From the NCBI GenBank assembly GCA_037440825.1, contig JBBITJ010000004.1, positions 28,183 through 40,510 on the forward strand: a stretch of DNA of 12,328 bases, read 5' to 3'. The notes under the pieces were generated by a model. The model had not been told where the DNA came from. It searched no databases and saw only the letters and a list, made by a program, of their open reading frames with translations. Shown here one piece after another: positions 1 to 7,531 of the stretch (the stretch's first letter is position 1; every line of letters begins with the position of its first letter). The stretch comes from Candidatus Micrarchaeota archaeon. Lineage in GTDB: Archaea > Micrarchaeota > Micrarchaeia > Anstonellales > Bilamarchaeaceae. The position numbers were made by a program, and so were the translations under genes.

Positions 1-2
1 TG

Positions 3-416
3 TTCAAGTACGCGCTCAAGATATTCTTCGTGTACACAATAGCGATGCTCCTCGTGTTCGCGATAAACATAGCCACGTTCGAGAGCACGCTTCACGACCT
101 CGTATACCCGGTCGCATCTTTCCTCGTGTTCATGGCGATATTCTTCGTGCCTCCGGCTGTGATAATAGACGATATGGACACGTTCCACGCGATTCGCGCA
201 TCTATAAAGATGCTGAAAGCGAAGTGGAGGCTCGTATTGTTCTGGGCAGCTGCAGGGCTCATCGCAATCTCGATAATAGAGCTCATAACGTTCGCGATCC
301 TTCCTTCGTCCATTGCTAAATACCTGGTCATCGCGTTCAACGGACTGGTCATAATACCCGTGCTCACGATATTCCAGAGCCAGCTCTATATGGAGAAATA
401 CGCCCTTTCACCATAG
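3..416 (+). CDS. Polytopic membrane protein of unknown function, 5'-truncated by the window edge
   Basis: Frame is open from nt 3 (FKYALKIFFVYTIAMLL...) to TAG at 414-416, so GTG 30 is probably not the start. About 4 hydrophobic segments plus a 'PPAVIIDD...AIRASIKM' motif like those in small archaeal membrane proteins. Confidence 0.75.
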   Translation, partial: FKYALKIFFVYTIAMLLVFAINIATFESTLHDLVYPVASFLVFMAIFFVPPAVIIDDMDTFHAIRASIKMLKAKWRLVLFWAAAGLIAISIIELITFAILPSSIAKYLVIAFNGLVIIPVLTIFQSQLYMEKYALSP

Positions 417-423
417 GGGAAGC

Positions 424-1329
424 ATGGAGCACCATCACACAAGACCGGAAACAGGAAACCGGGGACTGAAAACTGCGGCAGGCAGCCGCAAGCTCTGGGC
501 CGCGAAGCTTTCAATCCTGGTCAATTCCTTCTTCATCATCCTCAAAGTCGGAATCGGGCTGCTTTCCGGAAGCATAGGCATAATCGCCGAGTCCCTACAT
601 TCCTTCCTCGACCTCATCGCCTCCGTTTTCGCGTATTTCGGATTAAAGAAAGGGGACGAGCCGTTCGATAAATCTCATCCTTACGGGCACGAGAAGTTCG
701 AGAACCTCTCCTCCATAATCCAGATGATGCTGATCGCGATAACCGCGCTCGTGATACTGTACGAGGCGCTCGAAAAATTGGCGAGCCCTGGTGTGGAATT
801 CGAGGAACTGGGCATAATCCTCATGCTGATGACGACCGCGATCTCGTACAAGTTCTCCAAATACCTCCACGGGATAAGCGAGGAGGAGCACAGCCACGCG
901 CTGGAAGCGGACGCCTACCACTTCACCTCTGACGTATGGGGCTCGGTAGCGGTCATGGGCGGGCTCGTGCTTTCCAGGCTCGGTTTCCCGATGGCTGATC
1001 CGATAGCCGCAATCGTGGTGGCGCTCATAATGCTCAGGCTGGCTTACACTACAGGCATGAAGATGCTGAACATCCTGCTCGAGCACAGCGCGGAAGAGCA
1101 CGTGCTGCATGAGTTGGAAAGCATCATCAAGAGCGACAGCAACGTGGTCAGGTTCCACAAGCTCCGCGCCCGCTACATAGGCGCGAGGATATGGGTGGAC
1201 GTGCACATCCACATCAGGAAGAACCTTTCCCTTAAGGAGGCGCACAGGATAGCGCACAGGCTCAAGGACAGGATAATGCGGAAGATGAGGAACGTGAAGG
1301 AGGTCAATATCCATCTCGAACCGGACTAG
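424..1329 (+). CDS. Cation diffusion facilitator (CDF, FieF/YiiP-like) divalent metal transporter
   Basis: Six TM segments. TM2 ESLHSFLD and TM5 DAYHFTSD (HxxxD metal-site motifs), HPYGHEKFE loop, and a C-terminal cytoplasmic domain (VDVHIHI...AHRIAH...VNIHLEP). Confidence 0.95.
   Translation: MEHHHTRPETGNRGLKTAAGSRKLWAAKLSILVNSFFIILKVGIGLLSGSIGIIAESLHSFLDLIASVFAYFGLKKGDEPFDKSHPYGHEKFENLSSIIQMMLIAITALVILYEALEKLASPGVEFEELGIILMLMTTAISYKFSKYLHGISEEEHSHALEADAYHFTSDVWGSVAVMGGLVLSRLGFPMADPIAAIVVALIMLRLAYTTGMKMLNILLEHSAEEHVLHELESIIKSDSNVVRFHKLRARYIGARIWVDVHIHIRKNLSLKEAHRIAHRLKDRIMRKMRNVKEVNIHLEPD
442..476 (+). repeat. Degenerate heptamer tandem array A (5 units), inside the CDF N-terminus
   Basis: agaccgg/aaacagg/aaaccgg/ggactga/aaactgc; translated as RPETGNRGLKTA. 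Confidence 0.75.
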
Positions 1330-1366
1330 CGTTCAGAGTTTCTGGTTCCGCGTTTTGCCGGCGTTT
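1328..1366 (-). repeat. Degenerate heptamer tandem array B (4 units plus 1 offset), directly after the CDF stop
   Basis: Plus strand agcgttc/agagttt/ctggttc/cgcgttt (1328-1355), then ggcgttt (1360-1366). GTT at 1331, 1338, 1345 and 1352. Confidence 0.7.
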
Positions 1367-1374
1367 CTGCAATA

Positions 1375-1420
1375 TGATTAAAAAGCAAATCACAGAATAA
1401 GGAGCGACCGTTTCACGTGA
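1375..1420 (+). promoter_or_regulatory. Putative TATA-like element and SD-like GTGA upstream of smc
   Basis: AT-rich ATTAAAAA at 1377-1384; GTGA at 1417-1420, 4 nt before ATG 1425. Confidence 0.35.
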
Positions 1421-1424
1421 TAGA

Positions 1425-4400
1425 ATGATTCACATCTCCAGAATCAAAATGAGAGGGTTCAAATCCTTCAAGTTAGCGGACATAATATTCCCTGCGGACA
1501 TGGTGTGCCTTGCAGGCCCGAACGGAAGCGGCAAGTCCAACGTGTGCGACGCTATACGGTTCGTGTTCGGTGAAACAAGCTTGAAGGCGCTCCGCGCCAA
1601 AAGGGTGAAGGAGCTCATCTCGCATAACGCGAAGATGGCAGAAGTCGCGCTCTACCTGGACGGGGACGAGAAGCATGAGATACGCCGCGCTATCCGCGAC
1701 GACGGCAAGATAATGTACAAGCTAGACGGCGAACGGACAACGCGCACATCCATAATGGATCTCCTCAAGAAGTTCAACATAGACGAGAGCGGCAGGAACG
1801 TGATAGCGCAAGGGGAAGTCACCAGAATAGTGAACATGAGCGCCAAGGAGAGGAGGGAGATAATCGACAGCGTAGCCGGAATCTCGGAATTCGAGGACAA
1901 GAAACGGGAGGCGCTCAAGGACGTGGAAGTGGTGGACACGCGCATACGCGAAGCCAACCTCATACTGGGCGAGAAGATAGGGATGCTCAACGAGCTGGAG
2001 AAGGAGAAGGAAGTCGCTACCAAGTACATTGAGCAGAAAAAAATATTCACGAACGCGCGCGCATCCATAGTGAAAAAGGAGGTCGAAAAATTCACCGCGG
2101 ATCTGGAGAAGGCGGTGCTCGATTCCAAAAAGCTTTCAGATTCGCTCAAGGCGAAGCAGGCCGAGCTTGCGGAAATAGACGCGAAGGTGAAATCCTACGA
2201 CCAGGAGAAGGGCGCCTTCATAAACGAGATACAGGCAAGGCAGCAGCAGAATACCCTCACCAAGAAGCTTGAGGCGCTCAAGCTCAGCATAGGGAAGGAC
2301 GAGCAGGAGCTCGAGGAGAAGAGGGGGCTGATTTCTAAGCTCGAATCCGAAATTGCGGCGCTCAAGGAGGAGATGAAGAAGGACGACGAGGAGCTGAAGA
2401 ACACGGAATCCGAGTTCAAGAAGGTAGAGGACGAGTACAGCTCCTTGAAATCCCACCAGGGCACGGTGAAGCTCATGGGCGAGTCCAGGCTCAGGAAGCT
2501 AGTGGAAAACGAGAAGTCTGATCTCGCGTCGCTGCGCGAGGAGCTCATACGCACAGAAGGGGAGCTGAAAACCTGTGAGCAGCTCATCGTTGAGAAGGAA
2601 TCTGCGCTGGATGTTGGCCAGGCGGACAACCGCGAGCAGGAGGAGAAGCTCGCGAGCGAGATCGAGATACTGAAGAAGGAAATTGATAGTGGAAAATCCG
2701 AAATAGAGGCGCTTTTCCAGAGGGAGAAGGAAGCCAACGCGAAGATCGCGGACATAGACAGGAAGTTCCTCTCAGTGCGCGAGAAGATAGCCGCGCTCAG
2801 GGCCCAGAATCCGCGCATCGCGTCCAACGCGATGATGGAGTTCATCAACCAGGTCAAGGTGAAGGAGAAAGGCGCGGGAGTGCACGGCGCGCTCATAGAC
2901 CTGATAAAATTCGATTCCAAATATGCAAATGCGATCGAGGCGGCGGCAGGGCAGAGACTCCTCTACATAGTAGTGGATGATGCGAACATAGCCACCAAGC
3001 TCATCGCGAAGATAAAGGAGAGTGGAGTGGGAAGGGCGACGTTCATTCCACTGAGAGAAGTGAAATCCGCTCCTGCAGTCGCGACAGGCGAGGGGCTGGG
3101 TCCACTCGTGGATTACATAAAGTGCGACGAGCGGTTCGAAAAGGCGGTGCAGTATGCCTTCAGCGAAACCATCCTAGTTTCAGACATGGAGCAGGCCAAG
3201 AAGATAGGAGTGGGCAAGTACAGGATGGTCACGCTCGAAGGGGAGATATTTGAAAAGTCAGGTGTGATTACCGGAGGAAAGACGACTGCTGGAATCGCCG
3301 CAGCAGGCGCTCTCTCCAAGCTCGAAAGCGAAGTGGCGGACCTCAAGGCGGCGCGCGAATCCCTATTCTCCGAAATCTCCGGCATACGGGAACAGATGTC
3401 CTTGCTCCGTTCCATGAAGGCGGACAAGGAAGTGAAGGTGAAGTCCCTGGAAGTGGAACTTGGCGCACTGCGCTCCGAGGACGAGAAATCCAGGAGGGAA
3501 CAGGCAGAGGCGGAGCAGAAGCGGCAGGAGATCCAGGCGCTGCGCGCGAAGGCGAAGGCGCTCATTTCCAAGAAAGCGGAGCTAGAGAAATCAATCGCTT
3601 CGCTTTCCGAAAAGATCGCGAAGGACGAAAAATCCCTTTCCGAAGAGGAGCAGCAGCTCGCGAAGCAGAACGAGGAGCTCAACAAGAAGCACACCGAGCT
3701 GGTCGCAAAGCTCACCGGGCTGGAAACGAGGTGCGAAGCGCTGTTCAACGAAATCAAGATACGGAAGACCAACCTGCACAAATTGGAATCCGCGCTCAAG
3801 CAGAAATCAGAGGAGAAAAGCGCTTTGGTTTCCAAGATAAGCGAGCTCGAGCGGAGGCTTTCGAGCCAGAAGGACGAGCTTGCGAAGAAGGAGAAGGAGC
3901 TCGCGTCATCGAGCAGCGAGCTAGAAGCGCTTTTCAGGAAGATGCGCGAGATCGAGGAGAAGATAGGGAAGCTCGGCGAGCAGCGCGGCGCAATTTTGTA
4001 CGAGGAACAGAAGCTCAACAAGGAGCTCAATTCCGTCAGCGTGAAAAGGGCCACTGCGGAGACGAGGCTCTCTGATCTGAAGGCGGAGTTCGACTCTTTC
4101 AGGGAGTTCGAGTTCCTGGACAGGCCGAAGGAGGAGCTCATGGAGATGGCCAAGGCGGCCGACGCGTTCCTTTCAGCGAACCAGACAGTAAATCTTGCAT
4201 CAATAGAGCTCTACGACAAGAAGAAGGCGGAGATCGGGGACGTGAAGGACAGGATGGAGAAGCTCAAGGAGGAGCGGGACGCGATAATGAAGATGGTGGA
4301 GGAGATAGACGCGCGCAAGAAGGAGACGTTCTTCTCCACGTTCTATTCGGTGAACGACAATTTCAGGAAGATGTTCAAGTACATCCCGCACGTAGGGGAA

Positions 4401-4835
4401 GGTTTCCTCTACTTGGACAAGCCCAACGAGCCGTTCGAGAGCGGGCTCTTCCTCAAGATAAAGAGGGGCACCAAGGAGATGGGGCTCGAGGCCTTGTCAG
4501 GAGGCGAGAATTCGCTCATCGCGCTCATGTTCATATTCGCGCTCCAGTTCGTGAAGCCTTCGCCCTACTACGTATTGGACGAGGTGGATTCCGCGCTGGA
4601 CAAGGAGAACAGCAAGAACCTCGCCAAGCTCATAAAGGAGATGTCGAAGAGCAGCCAGTTCATACTTGTGACGCACAACGACATGGTGATGACATTCGCC
4701 AGCGCTGTGTTCGGCGTGAGCAAGAGCGAAGGAGTCTCGAAAATAGTCGGGGTGAAGCTCGGCGAGAAGATCGGCGGTGCAGGAGGCGCTCCGGAATCCC
4801 CGCAGCCGCCCCAGGCGCCAGCGGTAGTCGCATAG
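1425..4835 (+). CDS. smc: Chromosome segregation ATPase SMC (condensin subunit)
   Basis: Walker A GPNGSGKSN, Q-loop AQG, two long coiled coils, hinge (GVHG...GRATFIPL...GEIFEKSGVITGG, the GX6GX3GG motif), signature LSGGE, Walker B/D-loop YVLDEVDSALD, H-loop VTH; 1136 aa. Confidence 0.97.
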   Translation: MIHISRIKMRGFKSFKLADIIFPADMVCLAGPNGSGKSNVCDAIRFVFGETSLKALRAKRVKELISHNAKMAEVALYLDGDEKHEIRRAIRDDGKIMYKLDGERTTRTSIMDLLKKFNIDESGRNVIAQGEVTRIVNMSAKERREIIDSVAGISEFEDKKREALKDVEVVDTRIREANLILGEKIGMLNELEKEKEVATKYIEQKKIFTNARASIVKKEVEKFTADLEKAVLDSKKLSDSLKAKQAELAEIDAKVKSYDQEKGAFINEIQARQQQNTLTKKLEALKLSIGKDEQELEEKRGLISKLESEIAALKEEMKKDDEELKNTESEFKKVEDEYSSLKSHQGTVKLMGESRLRKLVENEKSDLASLREELIRTEGELKTCEQLIVEKESALDVGQADNREQEEKLASEIEILKKEIDSGKSEIEALFQREKEANAKIADIDRKFLSVREKIAALRAQNPRIASNAMMEFINQVKVKEKGAGVHGALIDLIKFDSKYANAIEAAAGQRLLYIVVDDANIATKLIAKIKESGVGRATFIPLREVKSAPAVATGEGLGPLVDYIKCDERFEKAVQYAFSETILVSDMEQAKKIGVGKYRMVTLEGEIFEKSGVITGGKTTAGIAAAGALSKLESEVADLKAARESLFSEISGIREQMSLLRSMKADKEVKVKSLEVELGALRSEDEKSRREQAEAEQKRQEIQALRAKAKALISKKAELEKSIASLSEKIAKDEKSLSEEEQQLAKQNEELNKKHTELVAKLTGLETRCEALFNEIKIRKTNLHKLESALKQKSEEKSALVSKISELERRLSSQKDELAKKEKELASSSSELEALFRKMREIEEKIGKLGEQRGAILYEEQKLNKELNSVSVKRATAETRLSDLKAEFDSFREFEFLDRPKEELMEMAKAADAFLSANQTVNLASIELYDKKKAEIGDVKDRMEKLKEERDAIMKMVEEIDARKKETFFSTFYSVNDNFRKMFKYIPHVGEGFLYLDKPNEPFESGLFLKIKRGTKEMGLEALSGGENSLIALMFIFALQFVKPSPYYVLDEVDSALDKENSKNLAKLIKEMSKSSQFILVTHNDMVMTFASAVFGVSKSEGVSKIVGVKLGEKIGGAGGAPESPQPPQAPAVVA

Positions 4836-4898
4836 CCGGTTTCCGGTCTCCAGTCTCAGGTTTCGTGTCTCGGGCACCAACGCCTAACTGCTAACTAT
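4836..4898. repeat. Bipartite inverted heptamer array C filling the convergent smc/hypothetical intergenic gap
   Basis: ccggttt/ccggtct/ccagtct/caggttt/cgtgtct (4836-4870), 7-nt spacer cgggcac, then caacgcc/taactgc/taactat (4878-4898). Confidence 0.85.
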
Positions 4899-5959
4899 TG
4901 TGCTTCCCGCGCGCTGTCAACCGAAATGATCCTGCCCTTGATTGCGTAAGCGCTTATGATTACTTCCACTGTCTCGTTCGGCGCGTAGAGCTCAGAGCTT
5001 TCGAGCGCGGTGAATATCTGCTTGCCCGCCTCGTCTATGCGCACGTTGTACAGGTATGCGTACGTCCTGGATAGGTTCTCGAATTCAGACGCGTTCGCCC
5101 GTATCCTCAGCACGGATTCCGGGAAAACCGCGCCGGGAATGTCTGTTTTGATTTGTTCCGCATCAGTATAGTTGCCTACGTAAACCGTGTCTCCTGCGAC
5201 CAGCGTCGCATACTCCGGAGCGGTTCCGGAAACATTGCCTATGACGAAATCCTTTTTCGAATATGATACCTTGTCCGCGCCGTATTTCACGCTGAGGTTC
5301 GCCAGTTCTCCGGCAACCTCCACCCGCCTCTCCCATGGCACCATTATAGAAGTCTCCGTGTCCGCAAGAGCGACCACTGTAGCGTTCCTCGCGAATTCGC
5401 TGAGCGAGGGAAGTATGTTCATGTTGCTGTACGCGGTCAGCCTTCCTCCCCGGGCTATGAGGTAGATGCGGATGCTCACGGTTTCCCCCTCGGCGTATAA
5501 AGGCTCGATCCTGGCGCCTATGTCGCTTCCGGATATGTTGAAGCTCCCAGAGGCGGTCGCGAGCTCTATCGTTGAAGGCAGCGAAATGATTGCGTTGGCC
5601 AAGCCTGTTATATTCCTGGACTGGAGGTATGCGTACACTCCGGCCATGTAGTCGGAGCTGGTGAGCGATATCACCGCGCCTTGCGATGTGAACATGACGT
5701 CCTCCACGCCCGGAAGCGCTTCAACCCCTTCCAGCTCGCTTTGGTTCGCGTCTGCAATTATGTACGGCTGGTACCCTGCGATGGTCGCGTTGAGCACGAC
5801 TTCGGCTTCCCCTGTGCCGCTCGCGTTGGAGCCCGAGGCGTTGCCTGAGTCGGGCTGGAAGAAGCCCACGCTGAAGCTGGAGAATATGAATATGAGCACT
5901 ATTGCCAGCGTGATCGCCTTGTACACGTTTTCCTTCTTGAACAATGCTGAGATGTCCAT
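4895..5959 (-). CDS. Membrane-anchored, probably N-glycosylated cell-surface protein of unknown function (354 aa)
   Basis: ATG 5959 is preceded by SD-like AGGTG and is preferred over TTG 6010. Basic N-region, one hydrophobic helix (AITLAIVLIFIFSSFSVGFF), a Gly/Ser linker and 13 N-x-S/T sequons. Confidence 0.85.
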   Translation of the reverse strand: MDISALFKKENVYKAITLAIVLIFIFSSFSVGFFQPDSGNASGSNASGTGEAEVVLNATIAGYQPYIIADANQSELEGVEALPGVEDVMFTSQGAVISLTSSDYMAGVYAYLQSRNITGLANAIISLPSTIELATASGSFNISGSDIGARIEPLYAEGETVSIRIYLIARGGRLTAYSNMNILPSLSEFARNATVVALADTETSIMVPWERRVEVAGELANLSVKYGADKVSYSKKDFVIGNVSGTAPEYATLVAGDTVYVGNYTDAEQIKTDIPGAVFPESVLRIRANASEFENLSRTYAYLYNVRIDEAGKQIFTALESSELYAPNETVEVIISAYAIKGRIISVDSAREAQ

Positions 5960-6019
5960 GATTGCACCTTCAGACGGGCTGGCTGCGTTCCATATACAAT
6001 TAAAAAGCAACCTCCCAAT

Positions 6020-6080
6020 TATCTTAAAATAAACCTTTAGCTATTAGCTTACATTAGCTTACGTAGCATACGTTTTAAAA
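6020..6080. promoter_or_regulatory. Divergent promoter region with two TATA-like boxes
   Basis: Minus-strand TTTTAAGATA (6020-6029) and plus-strand TTTTAAAA (6073-6080, about 30 nt upstream of ATG 6110), in an AT-rich gap within GC-richer coding DNA. Confidence 0.5.
6036..6071. repeat. TAGC-core direct repeats between the divergent TATA boxes
   Basis: Exact 10-bp tandem ATTAGCTTAC x2 (6043-6062), flanked by TTTAGCT and GTAGCATAC. TAGC at 6038, 6045, 6055 and 6064. Confidence 0.7.
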
Positions 6081-6109
6081 ACTTGAAATAACTTTTATGA
6101 GTTGATGAT

Positions 6110-6754
6110 ATGGTAAAGATGGGGGATTTCGTAAAGATAGAATACACCGGATACGACCAAAGCGGAAATGTTTTCGACAGCACCCAGGGCAAGATCGCGC
6201 AGCAGCTCCACGGAAAGGAGGGCAGCATGCTTATAGTGCTCGGCACCGATTACCTCGTCAAGGGGATGGAGGACGCGCTCCTCGGGATGAAGAAGGGCGA
6301 CGAGAAGGAGATTTTGCTTTCTCCGGACAAGGCGTTCGGGAGCAAGGACAGGCGGAGGGTGAAGGTTTTCTCCGTGGAGGAATTCTACAGGAACAAGCTC
6401 GACCCTTACCCGGGCGCGGTGGTGCAGATGGAAACGGAGATGGGCTCGCTCAACGGAATCGTGAAGAGCGTGAATAGCGGCCGCGTGACAGTGGATTTCA
6501 ACCACCCTCTCGCTGACCAGCAGGTCAAATACAAGATCAAGCTCATAGAAGTGATCGAGGACAGCAAGGCAAAGATAGAATCGCTCGTCTCGGAATTGGG
6601 CATAGAAGGCGGTTCGGTCGCCTTCGCTGACGGCAAGGCCGTGATAACAATGAAGAAGGGCCAGGCTGACGAGGAACTCAAGAAGACGCGGCTCGCGATA
6701 GCGATCAAGAACACCATCAAGGAAGTGAAGGGGCTTGACATAAAGGCTGAGTAG
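6110..6754 (+). CDS. slyD: FKBP-type peptidyl-prolyl cis-trans isomerase (archaeal long-type, SlyD-like)
   Basis: GDFVKIEYTG...VFDST, LVKGMEDALLGMKKG, SPDKAFG, an insert-in-flap region, VDFNHPLA, and an extra C-terminal domain typical of archaeal long-type FKBPs. Confidence 0.92.
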   Translation: MVKMGDFVKIEYTGYDQSGNVFDSTQGKIAQQLHGKEGSMLIVLGTDYLVKGMEDALLGMKKGDEKEILLSPDKAFGSKDRRRVKVFSVEEFYRNKLDPYPGAVVQMETEMGSLNGIVKSVNSGRVTVDFNHPLADQQVKYKIKLIEVIEDSKAKIESLVSELGIEGGSVAFADGKAVITMKKGQADEELKKTRLAIAIKNTIKEVKGLDIKAE

Positions 6755-6755
6755 G

Positions 6756-7457
6756 ATGTGCGACCTCTGCGCAAGGGTTAAGGCGAATTACAGGTACCGC
6801 GGCATGCTCGCGGAGATGCAGCAGAAGGACGCCGAGCGACTCATGAACACGAAGGAAGCCGCGGAGTCGTTCTCTTCAATTTCAGTCTATTCGACAATAG
6901 AGTACCCGGCGAACATAGTCCAGCCCATGTTCGAGGCTAAGCAGGCAGCGATGACGCCGATCAACTACTTCCAGCCCCTTTTCGTGAACGAGGAGAAGGC
7001 CCCCCCGAACTTCTCTTCAGGCGCGACCCGCTCGCTGTTCTTCCTGGGGAAAAGGCTGATGCTGTTCAGCAAGCTCACCTCCACGCAGAACGGCAGGGAG
7101 TTCTTCCCGTTCTTCCTTCTTGCGCATTTCGAGCCGGAAGAATATTCGGCATCCATCACGCCTGAAGGCAGGATAGAGATTTCCGCCAACTGCGAGAAGC
7201 TTGCGAAGAACCTCGTGAGCGGCGGGGTGGAGAAAATAAAGATTGAATTCGCATTCGTGCATGAGAATCTGGAAGGCAAGGTCGCGGAAAAATCTTCCGC
7301 GTCGCCCGGAACCCTCGCGCAGTACATAGTGAAGGCGCAGCATTTCGCCCCCCATCCGTATCTGCAGGGGATCGCGACGGAACTGGGATACAAGAGCGTC
7401 CCGGATTTCCAGCTCCACGTTGTCGATTATTTCAGGGAGCATATCGAGCAGGACTGA
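6756..7457 (+). CDS. Hypothetical soluble protein with N-terminal CxxC
   Basis: 233-aa ORF starting 1 nt after the slyD stop (TAG-G-ATG), with codon usage like its neighbours. No family recognised. Confidence 0.8.
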   Translation: MCDLCARVKANYRYRGMLAEMQQKDAERLMNTKEAAESFSSISVYSTIEYPANIVQPMFEAKQAAMTPINYFQPLFVNEEKAPPNFSSGATRSLFFLGKRLMLFSKLTSTQNGREFFPFFLLAHFEPEEYSASITPEGRIEISANCEKLAKNLVSGGVEKIKIEFAFVHENLEGKVAEKSSASPGTLAQYIVKAQHFAPHPYLQGIATELGYKSVPDFQLHVVDYFREHIEQD

Positions 7458-7504
7458 ACAGGAAGCGCACGCGTGCAAAACGCGGAACGCAAACCCGAAA
7501 CGTT
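7456..7504 (+). repeat. Degenerate heptamer array D with a 10-bp palindrome, upstream of aguB
   Basis: gaacagg (7456-7462), perfect palindrome GCACGCGTGC (7467-7476), then aaacgcg/gaacgc/aaacccg/aaacgtt (7478-7504, one unit is 6 nt). Confidence 0.65.
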
Positions 7505-7515
7505 TTAATTGGTGA
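7496..7515 (+). promoter_or_regulatory. Putative BRE/TATA for aguB-aguA
   Basis: CGAAACG followed by TTTTAATT (7503-7510), starting 29 nt upstream of ATG 7532. Confidence 0.4.
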
Positions 7516-7531
7516 GAGCCCAAAACAAATC

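Noticed and set aside
1413..1420. Palindrome TCACGTGA before smc as an operator
   Set aside because: A single 8-bp palindrome whose right half is explained as the SD-like GTGA.
1652..4153. Long Ser/Phe/Leu-rich antisense ORFs (165, 241 and 346 aa) within smc
   Set aside because: Shadow frames of Glu/Lys-rich coiled-coil codons, with no independent coding signal.
1425..4835. SMC as part of a Wadjet/MksBEF, Rad50/SbcC or other defence system
   Set aside because: It has a canonical SMC hinge and no zinc-hook CxxC, and no jetABD, mre11 or nuclease partner is adjacent.
4497..4880. Minus-strand ORF beginning MVPETRNLRLETGNR
   Set aside because: The N-terminus is just the translation of array C and the rest is antisense to the conserved smc ATPase head.
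4882..4888. GCCTAAC matches the integron attC core RYYYAAC/GTTRRRY, suggesting the arrays are attC sites
   Set aside because: attC sites run AAC-core first then GTT-core with a well-paired stem. Arrays C and F have the opposite order and poor pairing, no integron integrase is present, and the flanked genes include housekeeping smc.
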